DNA of 64,000 bases from an uncultured beta proteobacterium (GTDB lineage: Bacteria; Pseudomonadota; Gammaproteobacteria; Burkholderiales; Burkholderiaceae_C): positions 17,752 through 81,751 of the forward strand of contig CAWBFC010000004.1 of NCBI GenBank assembly GCA_963788035.1, read 5' to 3'. Under the pieces are notes generated by a model. The model did no database searches, was not told the DNA's origin, and saw only the letters and a list, made by a program, of their open reading frames with translations. Shown here piece by piece: positions 8,755-20,196 of the stretch. Made by a program: the position numbers and the translations under genes. Numbering within the stretch: position 1 is the stretch's first letter; every line of letters starts with the position of its first letter.

Positions 8755-9666
8755 CTACGCTGTGACGATGTTCTTCTTCATGTAGTCCATCGAGAGGTGC
8801 TCAGCGCCGGCGTTCATTTGCGCTTCGAAGTCCTTGCGGTGAACGCGGTACATGAAGTCGAAGACGAGTGGGCTGGCTACTCGGTGGTTGTAGATGGCGT
8901 CCTGCAGCTCGCGAGACCGGTCGGCCGATTCGTGTGGTGAAAGACCATCGACCGCCGACTTCCACAACTTCTCCGACTCTGCCTTCAGTCGCAATAGCGT
9001 TTCGACGGTGTCGCGCTGGCGGGCGCATTCACGCAGCACCCAGTTCACCACGGGCATCGCTGGCACCAAGACCGTCAACACCAACGCATCCACCTTGAGG
9101 TCGGTGGCCAGGCTGTACCCGATGAGTAGCACCACGAGCAGCAGCAATGCACCCTTCAAGACACGGCCATAGCTCTTGCGCACATTGCCGTCGTACAAGA
9201 GGTTCTCACGCTGGCACATGATGCGGCCGATGTGCAGAGGAACCTTGCCCACGGCCACGGGATACCAGTCGCGCAGCTGCGCCTCGTGCTTCGGATCGAG
9301 CGTCTTGGCCGAAAGCCTGTACACCTCTTCAGGGTCTACGTTGGCGCCAACGAGGAAGCTGTTGCCCCGTATCTCCAGGACCTCGCAGTCGAAGTCCTCT
9401 TGAAGCTTGGCGGCGTCCTTCATCTGGGCCCTGTGCCATCGGTCCATGAGAACCACTTCGCACAGCCCGAAGAGAATGGCTGCCACTGCGACGTAGGACC
9501 TCGCGGCCGGATAGAACGTAGCAACGGCGAGGCTGATGACGGGGAGCAGAAGAGTCCCCAGGACGATGGCGCCCTGGTATCTCTTGGCGGTCCAGTAGAT
9601 GCGGCGCCGGGCCCGAACCAGAGAGAGCATTCGAGGTTCGTTTTGCTTGGTGACAATCGAATTCAC
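8755..9666 (-). CDS. S-4TM-type four-transmembrane effector (CBASS effector candidate)
   Basis: Two pairs of TM helices are present: GAIVLGTLLLPVISLAVATFYPAARSYVAVAAILFGLCEVVLM and GALLLLVVLLIGYSLATDLKVDALVLTVLVPAMPVV. They flank a soluble segment containing LQEDFDCEVLEIRGN. The start is set at GTG 9666 (GGAG 7 nt upstream) rather than ORF-track 9825. Confidence 0.65.
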   Translation of the reverse strand: MNSIVTKQNEPRMLSLVRARRRIYWTAKRYQGAIVLGTLLLPVISLAVATFYPAARSYVAVAAILFGLCEVVLMDRWHRAQMKDAAKLQEDFDCEVLEIRGNSFLVGANVDPEEVYRLSAKTLDPKHEAQLRDWYPVAVGKVPLHIGRIMCQRENLLYDGNVRKSYGRVLKGALLLLVVLLIGYSLATDLKVDALVLTVLVPAMPVVNWVLRECARQRDTVETLLRLKAESEKLWKSAVDGLSPHESADRSRELQDAIYNHRVASPLVFDFMYRVHRKDFEAQMNAGAEHLSMDYMKKNIVTA

Positions 9667-9676
9667 TTGCGTGCTC

Positions 9677-10150
9677 CTATCGCGCCGGTCGGTTGGCCTT
9701 CGGTCTTGCCCATCGCTTGTTCCGCCGCTCGGGGTGGGCCCCGCCTCCTGCCCACACGTCTGTCGCGAGCCATTCTTCGAAGTAGTCGAGCCACTCTGCT
9801 GCCCACGGTAGGTACGTGTCGTCAAGTCTCATTGACTGCGACCACTCGCCCGCCTTGGGCAACCAGAGGCAAAGCTTCGTGCCCCGGCCGTCATGGGGGT
9901 AGATATGCGGCAGCTTGCGACCTGGAGCCAGCAGCCGGGGGTCAGGCTCCAAGACAAAAAGCTCGGGGAACCTGGCTACATAGAGCCTTAGCAAGCATCG
10001 ATACACCCGCGACAGCGGCGTTGGCGCCACCTTGAAGCCGAACCGGAGTTCCCTGCCCTGCACGAACTCCAACGTCGCTTCAGGCCATGCGAGGGCCTTC
10101 AGCTCAGCGTGCCGCTGTGCAAGGTTGAGAGCGCGGATTGGCGGTCTCAC
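9677..10150 (-). CDS. Prokaryotic E2 (UBC-fold)-like protein, the CBASS type II 'short' accessory
   Basis: 158 aa from GTG 10150, which overlaps the cyclase stop as GTGA. The core LPHIYPHDGRGTKLCLWLP resembles the E2 HPN...G-x-ICL catalytic-Cys region. It is followed by PWAAEWLDYFEEW. The ORF-track extension to 10465 lies inside the cyclase gene. Confidence 0.6.
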   Translation of the reverse strand: MRPPIRALNLAQRHAELKALAWPEATLEFVQGRELRFGFKVAPTPLSRVYRCLLRLYVARFPELFVLEPDPRLLAPGRKLPHIYPHDGRGTKLCLWLPKAGEWSQSMRLDDTYLPWAAEWLDYFEEWLATDVWAGGGAHPERRNKRWARPKANRPAR

Positions 10151-11412
10151 GTGACCGGACCGCCGAAGTAGGTGTGGCCACGCGCGGGCGCGACTACAGC
10201 AAGGCTGCCGGCAGCGATGAAACTCGCTCTGCCCAACACACGGTTGGACTCCCGCCGTTGGGCCCCACGCTGGAGCACAGCTTGGCCAGCACGATTCCCG
10301 AAGGCCCCCTCCATGGCTTTGACGACGACGTCCATGCCCTTGTTGCCATCGATGGCAGCCTGCAACGCAACCAAGTCCGCCAACAGCCTTCTGTGCCACT
10401 GCACGAACGCCTGCTGGCGCTCGCGCGTGTTCATGGACTCGGCAAGGTTGTCCGACTGAGCGCATGGGTTCATCAGCACCCAGCGCTCATCACCGCCCAT
10501 TAGTGTTTCGCGCTCGAACAGGTTCGGCACCAGTTCCACGATGTCGAAAAGCAGGTCCAACGGGCCATCGTGCGGCTGGGGCGCGAGGGCGGCATAGGCC
10601 TTGGCGAAAAGAGTCGTCAAGAAGACCGACGTCGGGGCCAATTCCTTGCCTTTGGCGTGGCCTGCGAAGGAGTTGTTCCGGTGTACCTTGCCGAGTTGAA
10701 CGTACCTGCTGAGCAGCCGACCGAACACCTGCGCGGCATCAGGCAATGGCTCGACGTCCGCCTTGCGTACGGAGTCCATGGCGAAGTTGAGTGATTCGAC
10801 CATCCTGAACTGCGGCGCAATCCGGGCAACTTCGTCGAAGCCGAGGCAATAGCCCTTGGGGTTGGTGGAGAGGTAGCGCCGGAGGTCTCGGTCAGGAATG
10901 CGACCGTGATGCTGACCGTGCGGGAGCGCGAAGGCAGGGTCGTCGATGACTGGCGCGAAGTCGGCGCGCATGCCACCGGCATACACGAGCGTCACGCACC
11001 GGTCCCAGCGCTCGATCCCCAGACCGTGCCGCTGGGCGTACCGGTTCAGCGCCGTGAAGAGATGCTGAAGCAACACTGCCGCACCCTTGTCACCGCCGTA
11101 GCGGGTGAGCGCAGCGCGCGCCAGGCGCGCCACAAGGTCGATATCGAAGCCTTCGCGCTCGGGGTCCATCGGACGGACGATGGTGCCCAGTGGGCGTGAA
11201 CCTTGCGCATGCACGTGAGTCAGCAGGCCATCGAATTCCGGGCACTCGGTCAAGTAGTCGCCGGTGGCGTTGTAGGCGCGCTCCAAGTCATCGAGCTGTG
11301 TCTGGGTCGGCTCAAACGCCCTGCCGACGGCCTCGGCGAGGTACGTAAAGCGGGCCGAGGTGTCGGCGGTGACGTGGCGGGCCCGGAAGCCGGCGAGGTT
11401 GTCGCGATTCAT
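10147..11412 (-). CDS. CD-NTase / SMODS-type nucleotidyltransferase (CBASS cyclase)
   Basis: GSRPLGTIVRPMDPEREGFDIDLV matches the pol-beta G[SG]-x(n)-[DE]-x-[DE] motif. A further acidic candidate sits in GGMRADFAPV. The protein is 421 aa and sits directly upstream of the E2-like and 4TM genes. Confidence 0.75.
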   Translation of the reverse strand: MNRDNLAGFRARHVTADTSARFTYLAEAVGRAFEPTQTQLDDLERAYNATGDYLTECPEFDGLLTHVHAQGSRPLGTIVRPMDPEREGFDIDLVARLARAALTRYGGDKGAAVLLQHLFTALNRYAQRHGLGIERWDRCVTLVYAGGMRADFAPVIDDPAFALPHGQHHGRIPDRDLRRYLSTNPKGYCLGFDEVARIAPQFRMVESLNFAMDSVRKADVEPLPDAAQVFGRLLSRYVQLGKVHRNNSFAGHAKGKELAPTSVFLTTLFAKAYAALAPQPHDGPLDLLFDIVELVPNLFERETLMGGDERWVLMNPCAQSDNLAESMNTRERQQAFVQWHRRLLADLVALQAAIDGNKGMDVVVKAMEGAFGNRAGQAVLQRGAQRRESNRVLGRASFIAAGSLAVVAPARGHTYFGGPVT

Positions 11413-11456
11413 CTCGAGGGCTCCTGCGGCGCGCTGCGCGCTTCAACAAGCTGGTT

Positions 11457-11774
11457 TCAGATGTGGCCGAGAAGCTGGTAGGCGCGCCCAGTCCGAGCGG
11501 CAATGACGCCGCAAGCAATGAGGAATAGCGCGACGCAGAAGCCGAAAGCGCTCTCCGGCATCCACCAGGACAGGTACATGGGCAGCACCTCGGCGAGCTG
11601 AACGTCGGGGCGGGAGTGGGTTGCCATACCCTGCGCCACCGATACCGCAGTGGTTGCCGCGGAACCGACGAGCCCGGCCACCAGAAGGAAGCCACCCGCG
11701 CGGGTCAACGCCACGCCAAGCGAAACTAGCCGGCGCGGTTCGCCTAGGAAGTGTTCCTGCAGTAGGTCGAACAT
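11457..11774 (-). CDS. Small two-TM membrane protein (105 aa)
   Basis: ORF-track 11457..11861 trimmed to ATG 11774 (MFDLLQEHFLGEPRRL). Hydrophobic spans are GGFLLVAGLVGSAATTAVSVA and SAFGFCVALFLIACGVIAA. It starts 7 nt after the preceding small ORF. Confidence 0.5.
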   Translation of the reverse strand: MFDLLQEHFLGEPRRLVSLGVALTRAGGFLLVAGLVGSAATTAVSVAQGMATHSRPDVQLAEVLPMYLSWWMPESAFGFCVALFLIACGVIAARTGRAYQLLGHI

Positions 11775-11781
11775 GGCCGGC

Positions 11782-11958
11782 CTACTTCTTCTCGCGCCGG
11801 ACGCCCTTGAACGGCGTCTTGTCGCTTGTCTTGACGTCGAGGAAGCGACCGGTTTCGGCATCGCGCTTGACGTAGTGACCGGACGGCGTCACCGTCTGAC
11901 TGCGTTGCTTGACGGCGCCGACGCGGTGGCCGTCGCCTGGGGGGTTGTTCTTGGCCAT
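11782..11958 (-). CDS. 58-aa basic protein (below the ORF-track cutoff)
   Basis: My own translation: MAKNNPPGDGHRVGAVKQRSQTVTPSGHYVKRDAETGRFLDVKTSDKTPFKGVRREKK. It runs from ATG 11958 to TAG 11782-11784 with good GC3. It is the first gene of the minus-strand string leading into CBASS. Confidence 0.5.
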   Translation of the reverse strand: MAKNNPPGDGHRVGAVKQRSQTVTPSGHYVKRDAETGRFLDVKTSDKTPFKGVRREKK

Positions 11959-12028
11959 GCTGACTCCATGTAGACGTACAGAGCATATTACATGCTCATT
12001 TTGATTATGTCATGGAATCCACCAGAGC
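11959..12028. promoter_or_regulatory. AT-rich divergent intergenic region; probable promoters/operator for the CBASS string and the WYL regulator
   Basis: This is the most AT-rich stretch of the island (gtacagagcatattacatgctcattttgattatgtcatgg). It contains inverted hexamers CATGTA...TACATG. No -10/-35 elements could be assigned with confidence. Confidence 0.3.
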
Positions 12029-13003
12029 ATGCCGCCTACGCCAACGGGCTATCATGTCTGGATGACTGAAGACTTGGCTGAACGCCGCCGGCTCGACCTT
12101 GAGCGCCTACCCCTGGTACAGCGGGAGCGCCTCTCGCACATCGACTTCAAGCTGTACTTTCTGGGTGAGCTGCGACGCGCTGATGTTGTAGAGCGCTTCG
12201 AAACGGGCCCCGCGGGCGCCACACGGGACATCGCCCAGTACCGGGAAATCGCGCCGGAAAACCTGGATCTCGACCAAACGACCAAGACATACCGCCCCAC
12301 TCCCGCATTCAGTCCGCTGTTCGAACACTCGCCCCAACGGGTCCTCACTGCGTTGTCACAGGGATTCGGGGAAGGGATCGGCGACCAGTTGCGGCCAATG
12401 GTTCGGTGCGAGTTCCCGAACATGCTGTGCCTGCCAAAAATGTCGGTGCTTGCGCCGATTACCAGGGCAATCAACCGGGGGAAGGCCGTCCGACTTGGTT
12501 ACACCTCCGTCGATAGCGGCTGGACCGAACGAGAGCTTGTTCCGTTGGCGTTGGTCAACATCGGCACTCGCTGGCATGTACGGGCCTTTGACCGCAAGAG
12601 CAAAGATTTCCGTGACTTCGTGTTCACCCGAATGGAGACGCCGACTGTGCTGGAGGACAGCCCGGTACTGGCGGAAGAGACAAGCGAGAACGACGACCAG
12701 TGGAATCGAATCATCGAACTTGAACTTGTCCCCCACCCCAAGCATCCGCGCCCAGAAGTTGTCCGTCTGGACTACGACTTGCCCCCTGATGGCGTCTTGC
12801 ACGTCAGAGTACGAGCAGCAACAGCGGGCTACATGTTGCGGCGGTGGACAGTGGATTGCTCGCCAGACCACAGCCTTGGAGGACTCGAGTACGCGTTGTG
12901 GCTACGTGACCCCCTCGCGCTCTACGGCAGCAACGTCTATCTCGCTCCCGGCTACAAGGACCCCAACCCGGAAAGGCCCGCAAGGACCATCCGAGCGCTT
13001 TGA
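12029..13003 (+). CDS. WYL-domain transcriptional regulator (CapW/BrxR-like)
   Basis: Has an N-terminal HTH-like segment RERLSHIDFKLYFLGELRRADVVERF. The WYL-type segment is LVPLALVNIGTRWHVRAFDRKSKDFRDFVFTRM, followed by a C-terminal extension. It is divergent from the CBASS operon. The start may instead be Met-12 at 12062. Confidence 0.7.
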   Translation: MPPTPTGYHVWMTEDLAERRRLDLERLPLVQRERLSHIDFKLYFLGELRRADVVERFETGPAGATRDIAQYREIAPENLDLDQTTKTYRPTPAFSPLFEHSPQRVLTALSQGFGEGIGDQLRPMVRCEFPNMLCLPKMSVLAPITRAINRGKAVRLGYTSVDSGWTERELVPLALVNIGTRWHVRAFDRKSKDFRDFVFTRMETPTVLEDSPVLAEETSENDDQWNRIIELELVPHPKHPRPEVVRLDYDLPPDGVLHVRVRAATAGYMLRRWTVDCSPDHSLGGLEYALWLRDPLALYGSNVYLAPGYKDPNPERPARTIRAL

Positions 13004-13110
13004 CGCGGGTATGTTGGCGTGCTGTGTGGCCGTCGAATTGACATCCGGGGGTGGACAACTACCGGTGGCAATCCGCTGATCTGTTGGCGGCGAACGCAGA
13101 AAACACTGGC

Positions 13111-14517
13111 CTACAAGTTCATGCCTTCAGCGTCGTGCGCTGCCGCATCGATCTTCGCCTTGCCCTGGACGATGGCCTCCCTGGCTGTTTCGCCGCGTAT
13201 CCAACATCCCAGCATGTCCGCCCAAACTTGCATGAGGACCCGCCTCGGCCCCGACAGCCGCGCATGGTTGTAGGCGGCGGCGACCTGGTCCTTCTTCTGG
13301 TGGGCTAGGCAGGCTTCGATCAAGGCCTCCGGAAACAGCGCGTCGTTGAGCCGTGACGAGAACGTCCGGCGCAGATCGTGAACGGAGACCGGTAGAAACT
13401 GCTCCTGGTCTGGCTTTCGATCCTCATTGATTCGATCCACCGCCGCGGCGATTGTCCGGTTCAGCGTGGCCTGGCTCAGAGGCTCGGCCGAGTCATAGCG
13501 GCTCGGGTGCACGTATTTGCTCGACGGAAAGCAGGTTCTGAGCGTCGTCAGGATGTCGAGCGCCTGCTCCGCGAGGTAGACCGTATGCGGTTTACCCGCC
13601 TTCATCCGCTCGGCCGGGATCGACCACTGCGCCCGTTCCCAGTCCACTTCCGACCAGGTGGCGCCGATGAACTCGCCTTTGCGAACACCCGTCAGCAGCA
13701 TGAACCGGACAGCCAGCCGCAACGTCGGCGCGGTACCGGTCTGCTCAAGTCCGTCGAGCAGGGCCTTGATCTCGTGGCGACTGAGGTTGCGCTCGCGGGG
13801 GACAAAGGTCGCATAGGCCTTCCGTGCGAGCGCTTCGGCGGGGTTGTCGACCTCCACACCTTTGCCGGCGGCGAACCGGTAGACCTGCAAGACCAGTTCC
13901 CTGGCGTGCACGGCCGGACCGGGCCCTCGTTCAGTCTTCACGTGATCGAGCAACTCACCCAGCGCGACCGGCTTGATCTCGTCGAGGTTCAGCTTGCTGA
14001 ACGGGCCCGCCAGGATGCGGTTGTAGATCGAACGCCGCAAAGACAGTGTGCTGTCGGCGAGCCTCTCGGCTCCGCTCTTGACGTCTGACTTGAACTCGAA
14101 GTACCGCGTCGCCCATCGCCCGAAGCTCATGGCATCGGCGCTCTCGCTGCGCTGCTCGACCTTGGCCCGTGCCGGCGACCGCCCTGAGCTGACATCGACA
14201 CGCGCCCGGGCCAGCAGAAGGCGCGCCTCCTCCAGCGTCACGTCCATGCCGTAGGCCAGATGTGATCGCTGGGCATGGCGCGCCACCGGCTCATGGCGAC
14301 CGATGGTCAGGGTCTCGCGCCGGCCACCCAGCCGGTAGTCGTAGCGGAAGGACCGGCTGCCGCTGGGCGCGATGACGACGTAAAGGCCATTGCCGCCGTC
14401 GCTGACCTTGTACGTACGTTCGCGGGGCGGCAGGTCGCGCAACTTGGCGTCCGTCAAAACCTGTCGCGTCTTCGAGCTTGTTGGCCCGCCGCGAGCCCGA
14501 TCTACCGAGGTGTCCAT
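13111..14517 (-). CDS. int: P4-type tyrosine integrase (DUF4102 N-terminal arm-binding domain)
   Basis: Contains LTDAKLRDL...YKVSDGGNGLYVVIAPSGSRSFRYDYRLGGRRETLTIG. Catalytic region has VHDLRRTF, LAHQ and AAYNHA (Tyr). Trimmed to ATG 14517 (MDTSVDRA). Confidence 0.9.
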   Translation of the reverse strand: MDTSVDRARGGPTSSKTRQVLTDAKLRDLPPRERTYKVSDGGNGLYVVIAPSGSRSFRYDYRLGGRRETLTIGRHEPVARHAQRSHLAYGMDVTLEEARLLLARARVDVSSGRSPARAKVEQRSESADAMSFGRWATRYFEFKSDVKSGAERLADSTLSLRRSIYNRILAGPFSKLNLDEIKPVALGELLDHVKTERGPGPAVHARELVLQVYRFAAGKGVEVDNPAEALARKAYATFVPRERNLSRHEIKALLDGLEQTGTAPTLRLAVRFMLLTGVRKGEFIGATWSEVDWERAQWSIPAERMKAGKPHTVYLAEQALDILTTLRTCFPSSKYVHPSRYDSAEPLSQATLNRTIAAAVDRINEDRKPDQEQFLPVSVHDLRRTFSSRLNDALFPEALIEACLAHQKKDQVAAAYNHARLSGPRRVLMQVWADMLGCWIRGETAREAIVQGKAKIDAAAHDAEGMNL

Positions 14518-14550
14518 GAGATCTCCGATCCACTGCCTGTCGCAGGACCG

Positions 14551-14628
14551 GGATACCGTCATGGGGTCTGACGGTATCGCCGCAGGCCTGCAAGCGTAGG
14601 TGCTCGGATACCGTCAAATCAACCGTCA
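14551..14628. repeat. Cluster of (GGAT)ACCGTCA motifs between int and guaA; candidate arm-type recombinase/RDF binding sites
   Basis: ggataccgtca occurs at 14551-14561 and 14606-14616. Its inverted copy tgacggtatc is at 14569-14578. A shorter accgtca is at 14622-14628. Confidence 0.45.
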
Positions 14629-14743
14629 GGACGCCTGGGACTGCGCTGGATCGCGCGGGACGACTTTGGACGCTAAGTCCTTGTCCCTACAGCGAAATCG
14701 GATTGTTCTGGGATCGCCGGAAACACCGTGGGACGATCTTGGA

Positions 14744-16330
<1,587 letters not shown>

Positions 16331-16461
16331 GGCGTCAGCTCGTGGCCTGCCTCAGGCCAGCGTGGAGGAGGAAAAATCGCCGTGCGTCACGCCCGCAGCC
16401 GGCCTGCGGATGCGCACCGCGCGGGTGTTGAAACGTGTCGCGGCCACACCGGCAACAGCGC

Positions 16462-17961
<1,500 letters not shown>

Positions 17962-18040
17962 TTATAGGGAGCGTGGCGCACGCTACCGCCTGTGACACTC
18001 GCCACGCACCGGCGCCGAGGGCCGGCACTACACTCGCGCC

Positions 18041-18592
18041 ATGTTTTCGATGCCTGCCCCGAGCCTCACGCAGCCCGCGCTGCTGCGTCGGTTTTCCTGG
18101 CTGCTGTGCGCGCTGGCGCTGCTGCTGTCAGCGCCCACCGCGCAGGCGCAGTGGAAGTGGCGCGACAAGTCGGGCCAGGTCAACGCCAGCGACCGCCCGC
18201 CGCCGCTGGATGTGCCTGAGAAAGACATCATCGCCCGCCCCCCGCAAGACACGCGGCGCCCGCAGTTGCTGACGGCCGCGGGCGCCGCGGCCGCGGCTTC
18301 CGCCGCTTCGGCAGCGCAAGGCAGCCGCGCGCCGGTGGGCGATCGGGAACTAGAAGCGCGCCGCCGCGCCGCTGAGCAAGAACAGGCCGGCAAGAGCAAA
18401 GCCGATGAAGAGCGTGCGGCCGCGCAGCGCGCCGAAAACTGCCGGCGCGCACGTGGGCATGTGGCCGCCCTGGAAAGCGGCCAGCGCATGGCCCGCGTGA
18501 ACGAAAAGGGCGAACGCGAGGTGCTCGACGACCGCGCCCGCGCCGACGAGATGCGCCAATCGCGCGCCATCATCGCCTCAGACTGCCGCTGA
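18041..18592 (+). CDS. DUF4124-domain periplasmic protein
   Basis: Signal peptide LLCALALLLSAPTAQAQ, then WKWRDKSGQVNASDRPPP, which is typical of DUF4124. Charged coiled C-terminus. Confidence 0.7.
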   Translation: MFSMPAPSLTQPALLRRFSWLLCALALLLSAPTAQAQWKWRDKSGQVNASDRPPPLDVPEKDIIARPPQDTRRPQLLTAAGAAAAASAASAAQGSRAPVGDRELEARRRAAEQEQAGKSKADEERAAAQRAENCRRARGHVAALESGQRMARVNEKGEREVLDDRARADEMRQSRAIIASDCR

Positions 18593-18603
18593 GGCCGGCT
18601 GCT

Positions 18604-18936
18604 TCAGCGCGGCTTGCTGGCGGCGGGCCGGCGCTGGCCGCCACCGGTCTCGCGCTGCTGGCGGTAGCGCAGCCGCCGCGCCTCTTTCGGGTCTACATGC
18701 AGGCCGCGGTAGACCTCCACGCGGTCACGGTCGCGCAGCAGCGTGCCGCCCCCGCACACGCGCCCCCAAACGCCGGTCTGCAAGCCCTCGGCAGCAAGGC
18801 CGTGCGCCTGCAGGAGCCCGCTGGCCTGCAGCGCCTCGGCCACGGTGGCGCCGGCTGCCAGGCACAGCCTGCGCTGGTCGATCACGCCCGGCGCCGGGCA
18901 GTAAACCACCTCGATCTGCAGTTCAGCGGGGGCCAT
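18604..18936 (-). CDS. rnfH: RnfH/UPF0125 family ubiquitin-fold protein
   Basis: ORF-track 18604..19179 trimmed to ATG 18936 (MAPAELQIEVVYCPAPG...VEVYRGLHVDPKEARR). It follows ratA as in the conserved ratA-rnfH pair. Confidence 0.8.
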   Translation of the reverse strand: MAPAELQIEVVYCPAPGVIDQRRLCLAAGATVAEALQASGLLQAHGLAAEGLQTGVWGRVCGGGTLLRDRDRVEVYRGLHVDPKEARRLRYRQQRETGGGQRRPAASKPR

Positions 18937-19375
18937 ACACCGCCTCGGCGCGGCGCACGAAAGAATCGACCAGGGTGTTGGCCACGCGGTCGAAGACCGG
19001 GCTGACCACGGCCTCCAGCGCCACGCTGGCGAAGGCATAGGCGAGATCGAACTCGATCTTGCAGGCGGTCTGGTCGCTGCCCGGCCGGCCCAGGGTGTGG
19101 AAGATCCAACGGCCTTCCAGCTTGGAGAAGGGGCCGTCCACCAGCCGCACTGCCACCGACTGGCCCGCCTGGTGCACATTGCGCGTGGTGAAGGCGTGCT
19201 GCACGCCCATGTAGGCCAGGCTCAGGCGCGCGGTGACGCCGTCGTCATGCGCCACCACCACCTCGGCCTGGCTGCACCACGGCAGGAACTGGGGGTAGGC
19301 CTGTACGTCGGTGACGAGGTCGTACATCTCGCGGGGCGAGTACCAGAGCAGGACCGACTTGCGCACGTGCTTCAT
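18923..19375 (-). CDS. ratA: SRPBCC/RatA (PasT, CoQ-binding-like) family protein
   Basis: MKHVRKSVLLWYSPREMYDLVTDVQAYPQFLPWC... 150 aa, divergent from smpB. Confidence 0.85.
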   Translation of the reverse strand: MKHVRKSVLLWYSPREMYDLVTDVQAYPQFLPWCSQAEVVVAHDDGVTARLSLAYMGVQHAFTTRNVHQAGQSVAVRLVDGPFSKLEGRWIFHTLGRPGSDQTACKIEFDLAYAFASVALEAVVSPVFDRVANTLVDSFVRRAEAVYGPR

Positions 19376-19438
19376 ACAATCGGCCCCATTCTAGGAGCGC
19401 GTTGAAAGGCGGCCACCCGGCCTCACCTGCGCTGAACC

Positions 19439-19906
19439 ATGGCCCACATCGCCGAAAACCGCCGCGCCCGCTACGAGTACAGCATCGAAGAACAGTACGA
19501 GGCAGGCATGGTGCTGGCCGGCTGGGAGGTCAAGGCCATCCGTGCCGGGCAGGTGCAGCTGACGGATGGTTATGTCCACATCCGCGACGGCGAGCTCTAC
19601 CTCATCGGGTGTCGCATCAACGCGCTGCGCAGCGCCTCCACGCACATCCACCCCGAAGCCGATCGCACCAAGAAGCTCTTGATGCACAAGGCCGAGATCC
19701 GCCGCCTCATCGGCAAGGTCGAGCAGAAGGGCTTCACGCTGGTGCCGCTGAACCTGCACTACAAAGGCGGCCATGTGAAAGCGGAAATCGCACTGGCCAA
19801 GGGCAAGGCCGAGCACGACAAGCGCAACACCGTCAAAGACCGCGACTGGGAACGCGAAAAGGGCCGCCTGATGCGGCACAAGGTCTCATCGGGTTCGAAA
19901 GACTGA
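19439..19906 (+). CDS. smpB: SsrA-binding protein SmpB
   Basis: [29 protein letters not shown]...[10 protein letters not shown]...[11 protein letters not shown]. Confidence 0.95.
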   Translation: MAHIAENRRARYEYSIEEQYEAGMVLAGWEVKAIRAGQVQLTDGYVHIRDGELYLIGCRINALRSASTHIHPEADRTKKLLMHKAEIRRLIGKVEQKGFTLVPLNLHYKGGHVKAEIALAKGKAEHDKRNTVKDRDWEREKGRLMRHKVSSGSKD

Positions 19907-20196
19907 GCGCCACGCGGCGTCTTCTGGCGGGCGAAGGCGTCTGGCCGGGCTTTTCTGGCGCTGCGTGAACCCCGCATTGCGGGTGTTCCCCCTTGAAGCG
20001 AAGCCGCCGCGGGCGCCAAGATCCCCTGCGCAAAGGTTGCAGGCGGTCTGGTGCGCCTTAGCATCCGATGCATGGCCCGTCGCCTCTGACGCGCACCTTG
20101 CCGGCAGGCCGCCTTGTGGAGACTTCGACCATGCCCAGCCTCACCTGGCGACACCGCCCTGACGCGCCGACCGGCTGCACCCGCCAGCCCGCGGCC

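Noticed and set aside
19907-20000. smpB terminator candidate CCCGC-att-GCGGG followed by TGTT
   Set aside because: The stem is short and the U-tract poor, so it cannot be distinguished from chance in GC-rich DNA.
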